A stretch of DNA of 64,000 bases from an uncultured Candidatus Saccharibacteria bacterium (lineage in GTDB: Bacteria > Patescibacteriota > Minisyncoccia > Minisyncoccales > Staskawiczbacteraceae): positions 7,489 to 71,488 of the forward strand of contig CAYZNK010000002.1 in the NCBI GenBank assembly GCA_964479955.1, read 5' to 3'. The notes beneath the pieces were generated by a model that worked only from the letters and a program-made list of their open reading frames with translations, searched no databases and was not told where the DNA came from. Below are positions 14,501 to 22,734 of this stretch, in pieces (position 1 is the first letter of the stretch; each line of letters begins with the position of its first letter). Position numbers and translations under genes: made by a program.

Positions 14501-17131
14501 AATAACACAATATCTGACTACTCAGTGTACCTTGGAAACTCAACTAAAGCCTCTGCTGACAATGCCCAGAACGAGATTGTGATTGGATATGACGCAACAG
14601 GTCTTGGCAGTAACTCCGTTGTTTTGGGAAATTCAAGTATTACCACAACAGTCCTGCGTGGAGCTGTTGGTATTGGCGTGGAAGCCCCATCGCAAGAGCT
14701 GGATGTTGTTGGCGATATTGAGCTTGAAGACACAACCTCAGATGACACCGGCGTTATCTACAAAGGAGCAAACAGGTTTTTACATAACTTCCATCACCCG
14801 ACTGGAAGCACTGCTGTGCCTACGGGTCAGAATACCTTTGTAGGCGAAGGAGCTGGAAATTTTACAATGGGAAGTACGGCAACAGAGACTTATCACGGAA
14901 GTTATAATACTGGTGTAGGTTATCAAGCATTACAAGCCAATACCACAGGATTCTACAACACAGCGAATGGTGTGTCTGCCCTCTACTCCAATACCACAGG
15001 AAGTTACAACGTTGCGAATGGCTCTAATGCCCTCCGCATGAACACCACAGGAAGTTACAACACAGCGAATGGTGTGTCTGCCCTTTTTTCCAACAAAACA
15101 GGTTCTAATGGTGTAGCTATTGGTTATGATTCTCAGAGATATGCCAACGACACCGCAGTGGCTTGGGCAAACTACAACACCTCAGTTGGGTATCAGGCTT
15201 TAAGGGGTTCTACCACAGCGGCAAACAATACGGGGAATGAAAATAGTGTATTTGGATACCAAACACTTTACGCTAATACTTCGGGTCAAAAAAATTCTGC
15301 GATTGGAACTTGGTCTTTATATTCCAACACTACAGGAAGCTACAATACAGGAATTGGATGGGGAACTCTTTATAACAATACCACGGGTAATTCTAATATT
15401 GCACTTGGATATGAAGCGGGAAGATATATTGCTGATGGTTCAACATCTAATACTACATCTGATTACAGTATATATATTGGTAGAGGCGTAAAAGCCTCTG
15501 CTGACGATGCCCAGAACGAGATTGTGATTGGATATAATACGACAGGACAGGGAAATAATACAATCACATTCGGCAATACCTCAATGGTTGGGGCTTACTT
15601 CTTGGCAGACGATTATAAAACCTACTGGGGAGCAGGAAAAAATGCTTCAATCAACTATGATGGAGATAATATGTATTTTAATAGTCAGGAAGTTGGAGTT
15701 GGCAGTTTTATTTTTTCAGGAGGCAATGTTGGCATTGGAACAGTAACCACTCCAACTAACGCAAAATTAGTTGTAAACGGAGGCATAGCTGTTGGTGCTG
15801 ATGCATTAAATAATACAATCAGCACAGGTTCTTTGGGAGACGGAACTACCACTTTATATGTAGGCACATATACGGTAGATACCACGGCTCCTTCAGATAT
15901 AATTACAAAAGAAGAAATAGTTTCAACAAGTTATGGATTGGAAGATTTATTAAAACTGTCTGTTAAAAATTACAAATATAAAAGACAATATGTTAATGAA
16001 GGCGCGGTTCAAGAGGAACACACAGGTTTGATTGCCCAGGATGTTGAACAGATTTATCCTGAGGCTGTTATATACAGGTCGGATGGGCTTAAGGCTATTA
16101 ACTATACAAAAATGATTCCGCTGATTATCAGTTCTATACAGGAACTTTCTGCGGGAAAAACTTTGTCAGATAATGGAACTTGGGGTGAAGGCACAGTTTT
16201 TGGTTTGGAAGATTCTTCTTTTACGGCTCAGCTAAAGCTGGCTTTTACCAGCCTTGGAATCTATATTGAAAAAGGAGTGGCTACTTTTGAGGAAGTCATT
16301 GCGCAAAAAGCAACCATAAAAACAGCAAAGGTTGAAGGTCTTGAAATGGTTGATAAGACAACCGGCGAAATTTGGTGCACGCAGATTAGCAACGGCGAAT
16401 GGACAAAAACAAAAGGAGAATGTAATCCTTCCGTTGTGACTCAGGAAACTTCAACAGAAAGTTCTACACAAATAGAGACTGCGCTTGAAATTCAAACAAC
16501 AACGCAAAATGAAGTATCTTCAGAAGAAATCGTAGAAGAAGTCAAAGAAAAAGTTAAAGAAGAGGTTAAAGAAGAAGTGAGTCAGCAGGTTGCAGAAAAA
16601 ATTAAAGACCAAGTGGTCCAGGAGGTTACAGAACAAGTGACAGAACAGATAACAGAGGCAGTTCAACAGGTTACAGAACAAAGCAACGAAGCAAAACATT
16701 CGGCTAACGAAGCGCAACAGTCTGCAAAAGAGTCTCAAAAACATGCCGAACAAGCCCAGCAGGCTGTAGAAAAATCAACAAAACAGCAGGTAGAGGAAAT
16801 AGAACAAGAAGAAGCAGTAGAACCTGTTGAGGCTGTTGAAACCGTTGAAACCCTTGAAGTTGAATCAGCTGAGGAACCAACTGTTGAACAGCCCCAAGAA
16901 GAACAGCAGTCATCAGTTGGAGATTTAATACAAGAAACAACAGCGGGGTTGTTTAGCGGAGTTATGAATTTCATAAAATGGCTGTTTGGTTCTGCGGCCC
17001 AGACGGTTTCAAAGGCCGTCCCCGCGGATGTTATGCAGTCAACAGCCAGTTTATCATCAAGCGTTTCAGATAATTTTATACAGGGGATTAAACAGATAAT
17101 AAATGATGTTAAGAATATTTTGAAATTCTAA
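11567..17131 (+). CDS. giant membrane-anchored surface fibre protein: beta-helix (pectate-lyase-like), repeated fibre modules, peptidase-S74 intramolecular-chaperone domain and a Glu/Gln-rich tail
   Basis: ATG 11567 is chosen because upstream codons read through the REPIN. TM helix LSLLSGLVWAGLFSVVIY. DVRAYGATGDGVTDDTTAVQAAL..YFPAGTYLV. Recurrent G.GIG...P...L.V.G motifs. SDIITKEEI...GLIAQDVEQIYPEAV...INYTKMIPLIISSIQEL. Confidence 0.8.
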   Translation: MRLMRGNTARKKRGKNFSKQKFIFLLKFLFPKNIFLSLLSGLVWAGLFSVVIYTFATPPTSPYTLGETLNPSCAPGSTNCTVTELAAYSFGSNNFSGTGNFVTTGSGSFGSLVLTTSALEVGYGGTGVASIAAGSVLAANTANTLTAINSTSGTMYLKNVDGTISWGEVSLGSYVPYTGATSDVNLGVNNIISSKLIGGSETTSDLSLQTTSGIGATGADMHFLVGNNGGTEAMTILNSGAIGIGTTTPQVSLHNNGDFITKGPWADVRAYGATGDGVTDDTTAVQAALTASLNVYFPAGTYLVSNLTAQTGQRIFGDGTQSSIRFKDGSTGYLFELSTKVVQFSNLDIDGGSNTDKSATESAGTRSGIHMSSNNTGSSIQNVAIHGFDNIGLAFNGLASQPGYVNPPVTTGVSVYYNYVGIDTGVGETNGAEYMRMSDINSFGNRYGIIINSGNMTFADCHIDGNGYGVTITDAFNNAHGTIVGSTINHNLLYGFYIDGASNGFSITGNQNYYSNVYVKDSTGINFRGNTFGSSTFTFSGGGVNMLEGNYFVSTPSFSRTNDNFIISDNYTGSSPTSVSSGLQIYSGLGSVKASALSTYAAPVNIVTPNPFSGTSTANSVPSLASNVAITTSDAWGKDIGGVLGLGGQYNTAVTYPQVIFGALRGGKSTVTDGDMAGYLGIYTNSGSALSEVARFDNNGYLGIGVEAPSQELDVVGDIELEDTTSDDTGVIYKGANRFLHNFHHPTGSTAVPTGQNTFVGEGAGNFTMGSTATETYHGSYNTGVGYQALQANTTGFYNTANGVSALYSNTTGSYNVANGSNALRMNTTGSYNTANGVSALSSNTTGSYNTANGVSALSSNTTGSYNTANGVSALRLNTTGNSNTANGMNALFSNKTGSNGVAIGTESQYYANDTLTPWTNYNTSVGYQALRGSTTAADNTGNYNTALGYQSLLNITTGSHNTAVGYMAGYYIAGGAVNNTISDYSVYLGNSTKASADNAQNEIVIGYDATGLGSNSVVLGNSSITTTVLRGAVGIGVEAPSQELDVVGDIELEDTTSDDTGVIYKGANRFLHNFHHPTGSTAVPTGQNTFVGEGAGNFTMGSTATETYHGSYNTGVGYQALQANTTGFYNTANGVSALYSNTTGSYNVANGSNALRMNTTGSYNTANGVSALFSNKTGSNGVAIGYDSQRYANDTAVAWANYNTSVGYQALRGSTTAANNTGNENSVFGYQTLYANTSGQKNSAIGTWSLYSNTTGSYNTGIGWGTLYNNTTGNSNIALGYEAGRYIADGSTSNTTSDYSIYIGRGVKASADDAQNEIVIGYNTTGQGNNTITFGNTSMVGAYFLADDYKTYWGAGKNASINYDGDNMYFNSQEVGVGSFIFSGGNVGIGTVTTPTNAKLVVNGGIAVGADALNNTISTGSLGDGTTTLYVGTYTVDTTAPSDIITKEEIVSTSYGLEDLLKLSVKNYKYKRQYVNEGAVQEEHTGLIAQDVEQIYPEAVIYRSDGLKAINYTKMIPLIISSIQELSAGKTLSDNGTWGEGTVFGLEDSSFTAQLKLAFTSLGIYIEKGVATFEEVIAQKATIKTAKVEGLEMVDKTTGEIWCTQISNGEWTKTKGECNPSVVTQETSTESSTQIETALEIQTTTQNEVSSEEIVEEVKEKVKEEVKEEVSQQVAEKIKDQVVQEVTEQVTEQITEAVQQVTEQSNEAKHSANEAQQSAKESQKHAEQAQQAVEKSTKQQVEEIEQEEAVEPVEAVETVETLEVESAEEPTVEQPQEEQQSSVGDLIQETTAGLFSGVMNFIKWLFGSAAQTVSKAVPADVMQSTASLSSSVSDNFIQGIKQIINDVKNILKF
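13676..14088 (+). repeat. 413-bp segment, copy 1 of a perfect in-frame duplication
   Basis: By eye it is identical base for base to 14672-15084 (offset 996 bp = 332 codons). Confidence 0.85.
13955..14260 (+). repeat. six tandem 51-bp (17-aa) repeats, (S/F)YNTANGVSALxSNTTG
   Basis: Units read off the sequence; the central units are near-identical at nucleotide level. The second module (14951-15103) has only three units. Confidence 0.8.
14672..15084 (+). repeat. 413-bp segment, copy 2 of the perfect in-frame duplication
   Basis: Identical to 13676-14088. Confidence 0.85.
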
Positions 17132-17135
17132 TTTC

Positions 17136-17177
17136 TAAAAAATCCCAAAACCCAATGACCAATGCCCAACAAAATCC
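17136..17177. repeat. left inverted repeat bracketing the four-helix-bundle gene
   Basis: ccaatgcccaacaaaatcc (17159-17177) is the perfect reverse complement of 17559-17577. The outer CCCAA-rich part matches imperfectly. Confidence 0.75.
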
Positions 17178-17535
17178 TAAAATAGAAAACCCTAAAAAGT
17201 ATGATTTAGTTGAGAGAACGACAAAATTTAGCAAGGATATTATAGATTTTTTAAAAAAAGTTCCAGAAAATTCAATAACTAAACCGATAATAAATCAATT
17301 AATAAGGTCTGGAACAAGCATAGGGGCTAATTATTGCGAAGCAGATGAAGCAAATTCTAAAAAGGATTTTATTAATAAAGTTTGTATTTCTAAAAAAGAA
17401 ACAAAAGAAACTAAATATTGGTTGGAATTACTTGCTTATACGCTACCAGAGTTAAAAGATAAATCCAGAACTTTATGGAAAGAAGCTCAAGAGTTTAATC
17501 TTATATTTGCATCTATAATTAAAAAATGTAAATAA
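17155..17535 (+). CDS. four-helix-bundle protein (23S rRNA intervening-sequence protein family)
   Basis: QLIRSGTSIGANYCEA...KDF..K..I..KE..ET.YWLELL signature of the family. The start codon lies inside the left inverted repeat. Confidence 0.85.
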   Translation: MTNAQQNPKIENPKKYDLVERTTKFSKDIIDFLKKVPENSITKPIINQLIRSGTSIGANYCEADEANSKKDFINKVCISKKETKETKYWLELLAYTLPELKDKSRTLWKEAQEFNLIFASIIKKCK

Positions 17536-17558
17536 AACGTTTTGGGATTTAAGAGATT

Positions 17559-17600
17559 GGGATTTTGTTGGGCATTGGATTTTGGAATTTGGATTTTTAA
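17559..17600. repeat. right inverted repeat bracketing the four-helix-bundle gene
   Basis: ggattttgttgggcattgg followed by attttggaatttggattttt. Confidence 0.75.
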
Positions 17601-17622
17601 ATTTTAATTTTTGAATTTTATA

Positions 17623-20019
17623 ATGAGTTTTAGTCATAAAAAATTTTTGTTTACTCTTTGCCCTGTTTTTTTGGGATTATTTTTTTGCTGTGCGTCTTGC
17701 GCTTTGGCAAACGGAACCATTGATTCTACTGAAAAATATGCTTGGTCAGAAAATATGGGATGGATTGTTTTTTCAACAGATGGGGCGGGAAGCGTAAGCA
17801 TTTCTGATTCTGAATTAACCGGATATGCCTGGTCTGACAATTACGGATGGATAAATTTGGCGCCTGCGGGTTCGGGGGTAAAAAATACAACTGACGGAGT
17901 TTTATCGGGATACGCATGGGGGGAAAATACCGGCTGGATAAATTTTAGCGGAGTGACAATAAATTCTTCGGGATATTTTACAGGAGCTGCAACAGGAACT
18001 ATTTGCGGGGATATTAGTTTTGACTGCAGTAATTGCAAGGTTAAAACTGATTGGACTCCTTCTTCGGGGACAGTAGAGTCAACGCCATCGGGGAGTGTTG
18101 GCGGGGGAAGCTCGGAAATCTCCATCGGTTTTTTAATAAATAATGGAGCTGATGCAACAAATAGCCAGAATGTGGTTTTAAATTTTCCGGCAATGCTTAG
18201 TATCTCAGAGGTATCTGTTTCAAACTATGAAAACTTTGACAATGCGAAGGTTGAAGAGTTCCAGAAAACAAAAAATTGGGTTTTATTGCCCGGAGACGGA
18301 GAAAAAACAGTTTATGTCAAATTTTTTACCAAATACGGAAATCCTTATTATATCTCGCAGGACAGCATTGTGCTGGATACGGTTGGGCCGGAATTGTCAA
18401 TAACAAAAATCAAAGAAAGTTATAACATATCAGAGAGCGTTATAATAGGGGGGACAACTGAGCCAGAAAGCAGAATTGATTTGCTAATTGATAATGTTTA
18501 CTATACGCAGTTTTCAGCTGACAAATTAGGCAGTTGGCTGGTAAATTTAGGAGAATATGATATGGGGAGTCATAACTTAAAACTTGCGGCAAAGGATTTG
18601 GCAGGAAATTTTGGGAAAACGGTGGATGTTGATTTTTCAGTGAAACAGCCAGAGATCACAGAAGGAGAACCGCAGAAAGGAATCTCTGAAACAATGACTG
18701 AAACCTTGTTGCCATTTTTGGGAGTTATAAGAGACAGATTAAATGTATTGTTTCCCAATATAATAAAGCCAAAAGAAGTTGAGCCCACAGAGGTTGTTGT
18801 TGTTCCTAAGGTTGCGCCTTTAAGCTTTAGCGCTAAATGGAATCTTTTGCCAGAAAAAGAGATAAGGGAGTTTGTACTGTCTCCTTTGCCTGAAGACATA
18901 CGAATTATTGCAAAAAAATTTCCCGAATTAAGCGACACGCTTTCTAATGTTGGGATTGAAAAAATTACTGATGTTTCAAAATTAAAATTAGTTTCTTTTA
19001 AACTGCCCAGCATTACACAGACAGCAAATTTTTTGGAAGGAGATTTGGAGACAAAAGAACTATCTTCAACTGTTGGAATCCCTATAGCTTCCCTTACAAG
19101 CTATGCCAAAAGCCAAATTCCTTCTGAAATTATCTTTTCAAAGACGGGCGGGGGAAAAATTGATTTTAATACCCAGCTTTCAATTAATGATGCTGGAAAA
19201 ACCGAACAAAGAATTTCCACGCTTACAAGAAATATTGTTCAGTTTATAGTTAAGGTTGATAATCCCGTCAAAGCAATTAAGGGATATCTTGTTTTTAAGT
19301 CCAGGCAATATAAAAAAATATCTTCAGGAGTGTCTTTAAACAGCCTGACAGCATCTTTAATGTTTGATAATCCAGATTTTACAGAGCCAACGGAAAAAGA
19401 AATAATAGATACAAATGAGTCCGAAACAAAGCTTGTTTTACAGGAATTTGATTTTATTGACACAGGTGACGGAGTTTATACAGCCGATGTAGAAATGCCT
19501 GTTGTTAAAGGAGAATATGAAGTTATGGCAATTATAAATTATAAAAATGAGGCCCTTGGAATAAAACAGTTAAATCTGATAACGGTTGTTGACCCCGAGG
19601 GATATGTTTATGAGAAGTCAGGAGATAAAGAGACGCGCATTTCGGGAGCCATAGTTTCGCTTTATTGGCTTAATCCGTCAACAAAACAATACGAGCTTTG
19701 GCCCGGAGAAAATTTTCAGCAGGAAAACCCGCAAGTAACTGACGTCACGGGGAATTATTCATTTTTAGTTCCAAACGGGTTTTATTATATTAAAGTTTCA
19801 GCTCCAGGATATCTAATATATGATGGAAAGCCGCTTGAAGTCAAAGAGGGTTCCGGGGTGCATATAAATATTGAATTGAAGACAAAATATTGGTGGCTCA
19901 GTGCTATTGACTGGAAGACTGTTTTGCTGATAATAGCCGTTGCGATGGTCTTGTACAATTTTTATCGCGACAGGGCAAGAGACTTATCTTTTAAAAATCA
20001 GGTTGGAAGCAAAATGTAA
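17623..20019 (+). CDS. large secreted surface protein with GYAW(S/G)(E/D)N.GWI repeats, Ig-like region, CarboxypepD_reg-like domain and C-terminal TM anchor
   Basis: Signal peptide; three repeats (KYAWSENMGWIVF, GYAWSDNYGWINL, GYAWGENTGWINF); GAIVSLYW...TDVTGNYSFLVPNGFYYIKVSAPGY; C-terminal VLLIIAVAMVLY. Confidence 0.75.
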   Translation: MSFSHKKFLFTLCPVFLGLFFCCASCALANGTIDSTEKYAWSENMGWIVFSTDGAGSVSISDSELTGYAWSDNYGWINLAPAGSGVKNTTDGVLSGYAWGENTGWINFSGVTINSSGYFTGAATGTICGDISFDCSNCKVKTDWTPSSGTVESTPSGSVGGGSSEISIGFLINNGADATNSQNVVLNFPAMLSISEVSVSNYENFDNAKVEEFQKTKNWVLLPGDGEKTVYVKFFTKYGNPYYISQDSIVLDTVGPELSITKIKESYNISESVIIGGTTEPESRIDLLIDNVYYTQFSADKLGSWLVNLGEYDMGSHNLKLAAKDLAGNFGKTVDVDFSVKQPEITEGEPQKGISETMTETLLPFLGVIRDRLNVLFPNIIKPKEVEPTEVVVVPKVAPLSFSAKWNLLPEKEIREFVLSPLPEDIRIIAKKFPELSDTLSNVGIEKITDVSKLKLVSFKLPSITQTANFLEGDLETKELSSTVGIPIASLTSYAKSQIPSEIIFSKTGGGKIDFNTQLSINDAGKTEQRISTLTRNIVQFIVKVDNPVKAIKGYLVFKSRQYKKISSGVSLNSLTASLMFDNPDFTEPTEKEIIDTNESETKLVLQEFDFIDTGDGVYTADVEMPVVKGEYEVMAIINYKNEALGIKQLNLITVVDPEGYVYEKSGDKETRISGAIVSLYWLNPSTKQYELWPGENFQQENPQVTDVTGNYSFLVPNGFYYIKVSAPGYLIYDGKPLEVKEGSGVHINIELKTKYWWLSAIDWKTVLLIIAVAMVLYNFYRDRARDLSFKNQVGSKM

Positions 20020-20050
20020 AATTTCTTGTTAATTAAAAAAAACAAAAAAG

Positions 20051-20440
20051 ATGATAATAAACTTAAAAGAAATATATTTAAGCCGTAAAAAAATAATATT
20101 GTTTTTATTGTTGGTTTTTGCGCTGTTTGGAATTATTCTTCTTGCAATAAAATGTTGCTCCCTTAAATCAAGGGTTGATGCTTTAGAGTTTGAAAACAGC
20201 AATCAGAAAATAAACAGGGATGTTGTAGTATTTCTGAAACTTTTTATTGAAAAAATTCTGCAAGGAGAAGAAGAGGTTTCTTTTGAGGACAGGTTAAAGC
20301 TTGAAAATTCGGTAAGAGACCTGAAAGACAAAGAAGTCTTATCTTTATGGGAGAATTTTACACAAGCTAAGACCTCGGAAGAAGCCCAGTTTTCTCTTAA
20401 AAATTTGTTGCGGGCATTGGTTGATAAAATAGTTTATTGA
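20051..20440 (+). CDS. small N-terminally anchored protein, paralogue of 23258-23620
   Basis: FIEKILQGEEEVSFEDRLKLENSV...SEEAQ...LLRALVDKIVY aligns with the 23258 product. Confidence 0.65.
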   Translation: MIINLKEIYLSRKKIILFLLLVFALFGIILLAIKCCSLKSRVDALEFENSNQKINRDVVVFLKLFIEKILQGEEEVSFEDRLKLENSVRDLKDKEVLSLWENFTQAKTSEEAQFSLKNLLRALVDKIVY

Positions 20441-20510
20441 TTTTCACTAGATTTTTAAGAAATAAATTTATATAATAAAATAACAAAAAATTAAAATAAA
20501 TTTAAAAATT

Positions 20511-22697
20511 ATGGCAGAAAATTCTCTTGGAATTAAAATATGCAACCAGGTGATGAGATATAGTATTTTTGTTTTGATATCTTTGACACCCTTGTTCTTT
20601 TTTCCGTTTACGTCGGATGTTTTGGATTTTAATAAACAGACGCTGGCGCTTTTTCTGTCATTTATTGCCCTCTTTGCCTGGATGATAAAGGCTATGATTT
20701 CTGGTAAGCTTGAAATAAATTTAAGTAAAGTTCATATATTCTCAGGATTGCTGTTTTTGGCTTATCTGTTATCAACTATTTTTTCAATTAACAGATATGG
20801 CAGTTTTTGGGGCTCTTCTCAATCCGGAGCAAATTCTTTTATCACGGTTTTATCGCTGTTCATAGTATATTTTTTAATAAGCAATGCTTTTTCAAGAAAA
20901 GATATTTTCTCTTCAGCTGTTATTTTATTGGTCTCTGTCGCAGTTTCTCAAATTATTGGGATATTCCAGTTGTTCGGGTTATTTATAATCCCTTTTGATT
21001 TTGCAAAAACGGTTTCGTTTAACACGTTGGGAAGCGTAGGCGCCTTGGGGTTTTTATCTTCTATTTTGTTGCCGCTTGTAATTATATTATTTATTTTTTC
21101 TAAGAAGTGGCTTAAAGTTTTTTTGGGATTTCAACTTTTTCTTTCAATTCTGCTGTTTTACATGTTAAATTATCCGTCTGTTTGGTGGACAACAATAGCG
21201 GGTTCTGCCCTCATTATGTCTTTTATGACGCTAAAGAGAAACATGTTTGATGTCCGATGGATATCTTTGCCCGTATTCTTTTTGGCAGTTTCTTTATTTT
21301 TTGTAGTTTTAAATCCTCAAATGGGAATTGCCCGCCAAACAAGCGAAATTTTTCTATCACAGGGAACAACCTTAGATATAGCGACAAAATCTCTTAAGGA
21401 AAATCCTGTTTTCGGTTCTGGGCTTGGAACATTTAGTTATAATTTTTCCAAATTTAAAGACGTTGAATTTAATAAGAGCTCTTTATGGAATTTTACGTTC
21501 AATAAGGGTTCATCTGAATTCTTAAGTGGCTTGGCAACAACAGGAGTAGTGGGAGCCTTGGCATTTTTAGCTTTTTTGATTTTTGTGATTTTTTGTTCAG
21601 TTAGATTTTTTATATCTGAAAAACTTACAAAAATTTCAATAGAAACAGAGGATGAAAATTACTTGAACAAGGCTTTGGTGATGGGCTTTGGGATAAGTTT
21701 TATTGTTGAATGCATAGTTTACTTTTTATATAATACAAACACTGTTCTGAGCTTTGTTTTCTTTTTTCTGGCTTCGGGGCTGGCGTATCTAACCGCAAGG
21801 GAAATAAAGACACACACACTGAATCAGTCTTCGTTGTTGACGCTTGTTGTGACTTTTATATTCACACTTGCTTTTATATTTGGGTTGGGAATCCTTATTT
21901 TAGATGGGCAAAGGTATATAGCTGAAATAAAATATTATAATAGTTTGGTTGCTTTTAACAAGGATGACTTGGAGAGTGGAATTAAAAGCCTGGAATCTGC
22001 GGCAAGTCTTAATCCATCTTCTGATTTATATTTTAGGCAGCTTTCGCAGGCATACCTTTTAAATCTCCGGAAAAAAACAGAAAATGTAAATGCAGATGAA
22101 CTGACCGATGAACAAAAGGATGAAATTCAGACGCTTTTGGCAAATTCAATAAATGCAGGCAAGATTGCCACGGATTTAAATAAAAAAAGCGCTGTTAACT
22201 GGTCTTCAAGGGGATATGTTTATCAAAATTTATTTGGATTTTTGACTGATGCCGGTACATGGGCTATAAATTCTTATGAAGAGGCATTGAAATTGGACCC
22301 AAACAGCCCCTATCTGTACGCACAAGAAGGATATGTAAACTTAATGTCTGCTTCGGGATTGGGACAAGACAACGCATCTAAAAAAACAGAATTGCTATCC
22401 GCCGCAAAAGAGAAGTTGGAAAAATCAATTGAATTGAATCCGGGTTATTCCGATGCCTTTTACTATCTGGGGTTGGTTTACAATTCAATGGGCAACAAAG
22501 CAAAGGCAATAGAGCAATTTGAAAAAATTAAAGAATTGGACCCAAATAATAAAGATATCCAGAAAATAATTGACGACTTAAAGGCTGGAAAAATAACAAC
22601 AGAATCTTTTACAGAGCAAAATCCGCCCAAAGACAATACTCCTGAAGCCAGCCTTAAAAATCCTCCAGAGGGAACAGAAGAAACGGAGTCTGAATAG
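20511..22697 (+). CDS. O-antigen ligase-like (Wzy_C) polytopic membrane protein with C-terminal TPR repeats
   Basis: At least 10 hydrophobic segments, GSGLGTFSYNF loop motif, C-terminal TPR-like AFYYLGLVYNSMGNKAKAIEQFEKIKELDPNN. Confidence 0.75.
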   Translation: MAENSLGIKICNQVMRYSIFVLISLTPLFFFPFTSDVLDFNKQTLALFLSFIALFAWMIKAMISGKLEINLSKVHIFSGLLFLAYLLSTIFSINRYGSFWGSSQSGANSFITVLSLFIVYFLISNAFSRKDIFSSAVILLVSVAVSQIIGIFQLFGLFIIPFDFAKTVSFNTLGSVGALGFLSSILLPLVIILFIFSKKWLKVFLGFQLFLSILLFYMLNYPSVWWTTIAGSALIMSFMTLKRNMFDVRWISLPVFFLAVSLFFVVLNPQMGIARQTSEIFLSQGTTLDIATKSLKENPVFGSGLGTFSYNFSKFKDVEFNKSSLWNFTFNKGSSEFLSGLATTGVVGALAFLAFLIFVIFCSVRFFISEKLTKISIETEDENYLNKALVMGFGISFIVECIVYFLYNTNTVLSFVFFFLASGLAYLTAREIKTHTLNQSSLLTLVVTFIFTLAFIFGLGILILDGQRYIAEIKYYNSLVAFNKDDLESGIKSLESAASLNPSSDLYFRQLSQAYLLNLRKKTENVNADELTDEQKDEIQTLLANSINAGKIATDLNKKSAVNWSSRGYVYQNLFGFLTDAGTWAINSYEEALKLDPNSPYLYAQEGYVNLMSASGLGQDNASKKTELLSAAKEKLEKSIELNPGYSDAFYYLGLVYNSMGNKAKAIEQFEKIKELDPNNKDIQKIIDDLKAGKITTESFTEQNPPKDNTPEASLKNPPEGTEETESE

Positions 22698-22734
22698 GAA
22701 AATATTAGTTTGTGATAAAATCCAAATAATTAAT

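Noticed and set aside
13676-15084. The duplicated segment in the fibre gene could be a diversity-generating retroelement template/variable repeat pair.
   Set aside because: The two copies are identical over 413 bp, with no adenine-specific mismatches. Beyond that they differ at all base types, and no reverse transcriptase gene is in the window.
17136-17600. The IVS-family gene and its stem could indicate a nearby 23S rRNA gene.
   Set aside because: No rRNA-like sequence flanks it. It lies between two protein-coding genes.
11429-20019. A prophage or phage-tail-like particle could be suggested by the tailspike-like S74 protein.
   Set aside because: No capsid, portal, terminase, tail tube/sheath, baseplate, lysis or integrase genes flank it. 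The protein has an N-terminal membrane anchor and the neighbours are envelope genes.
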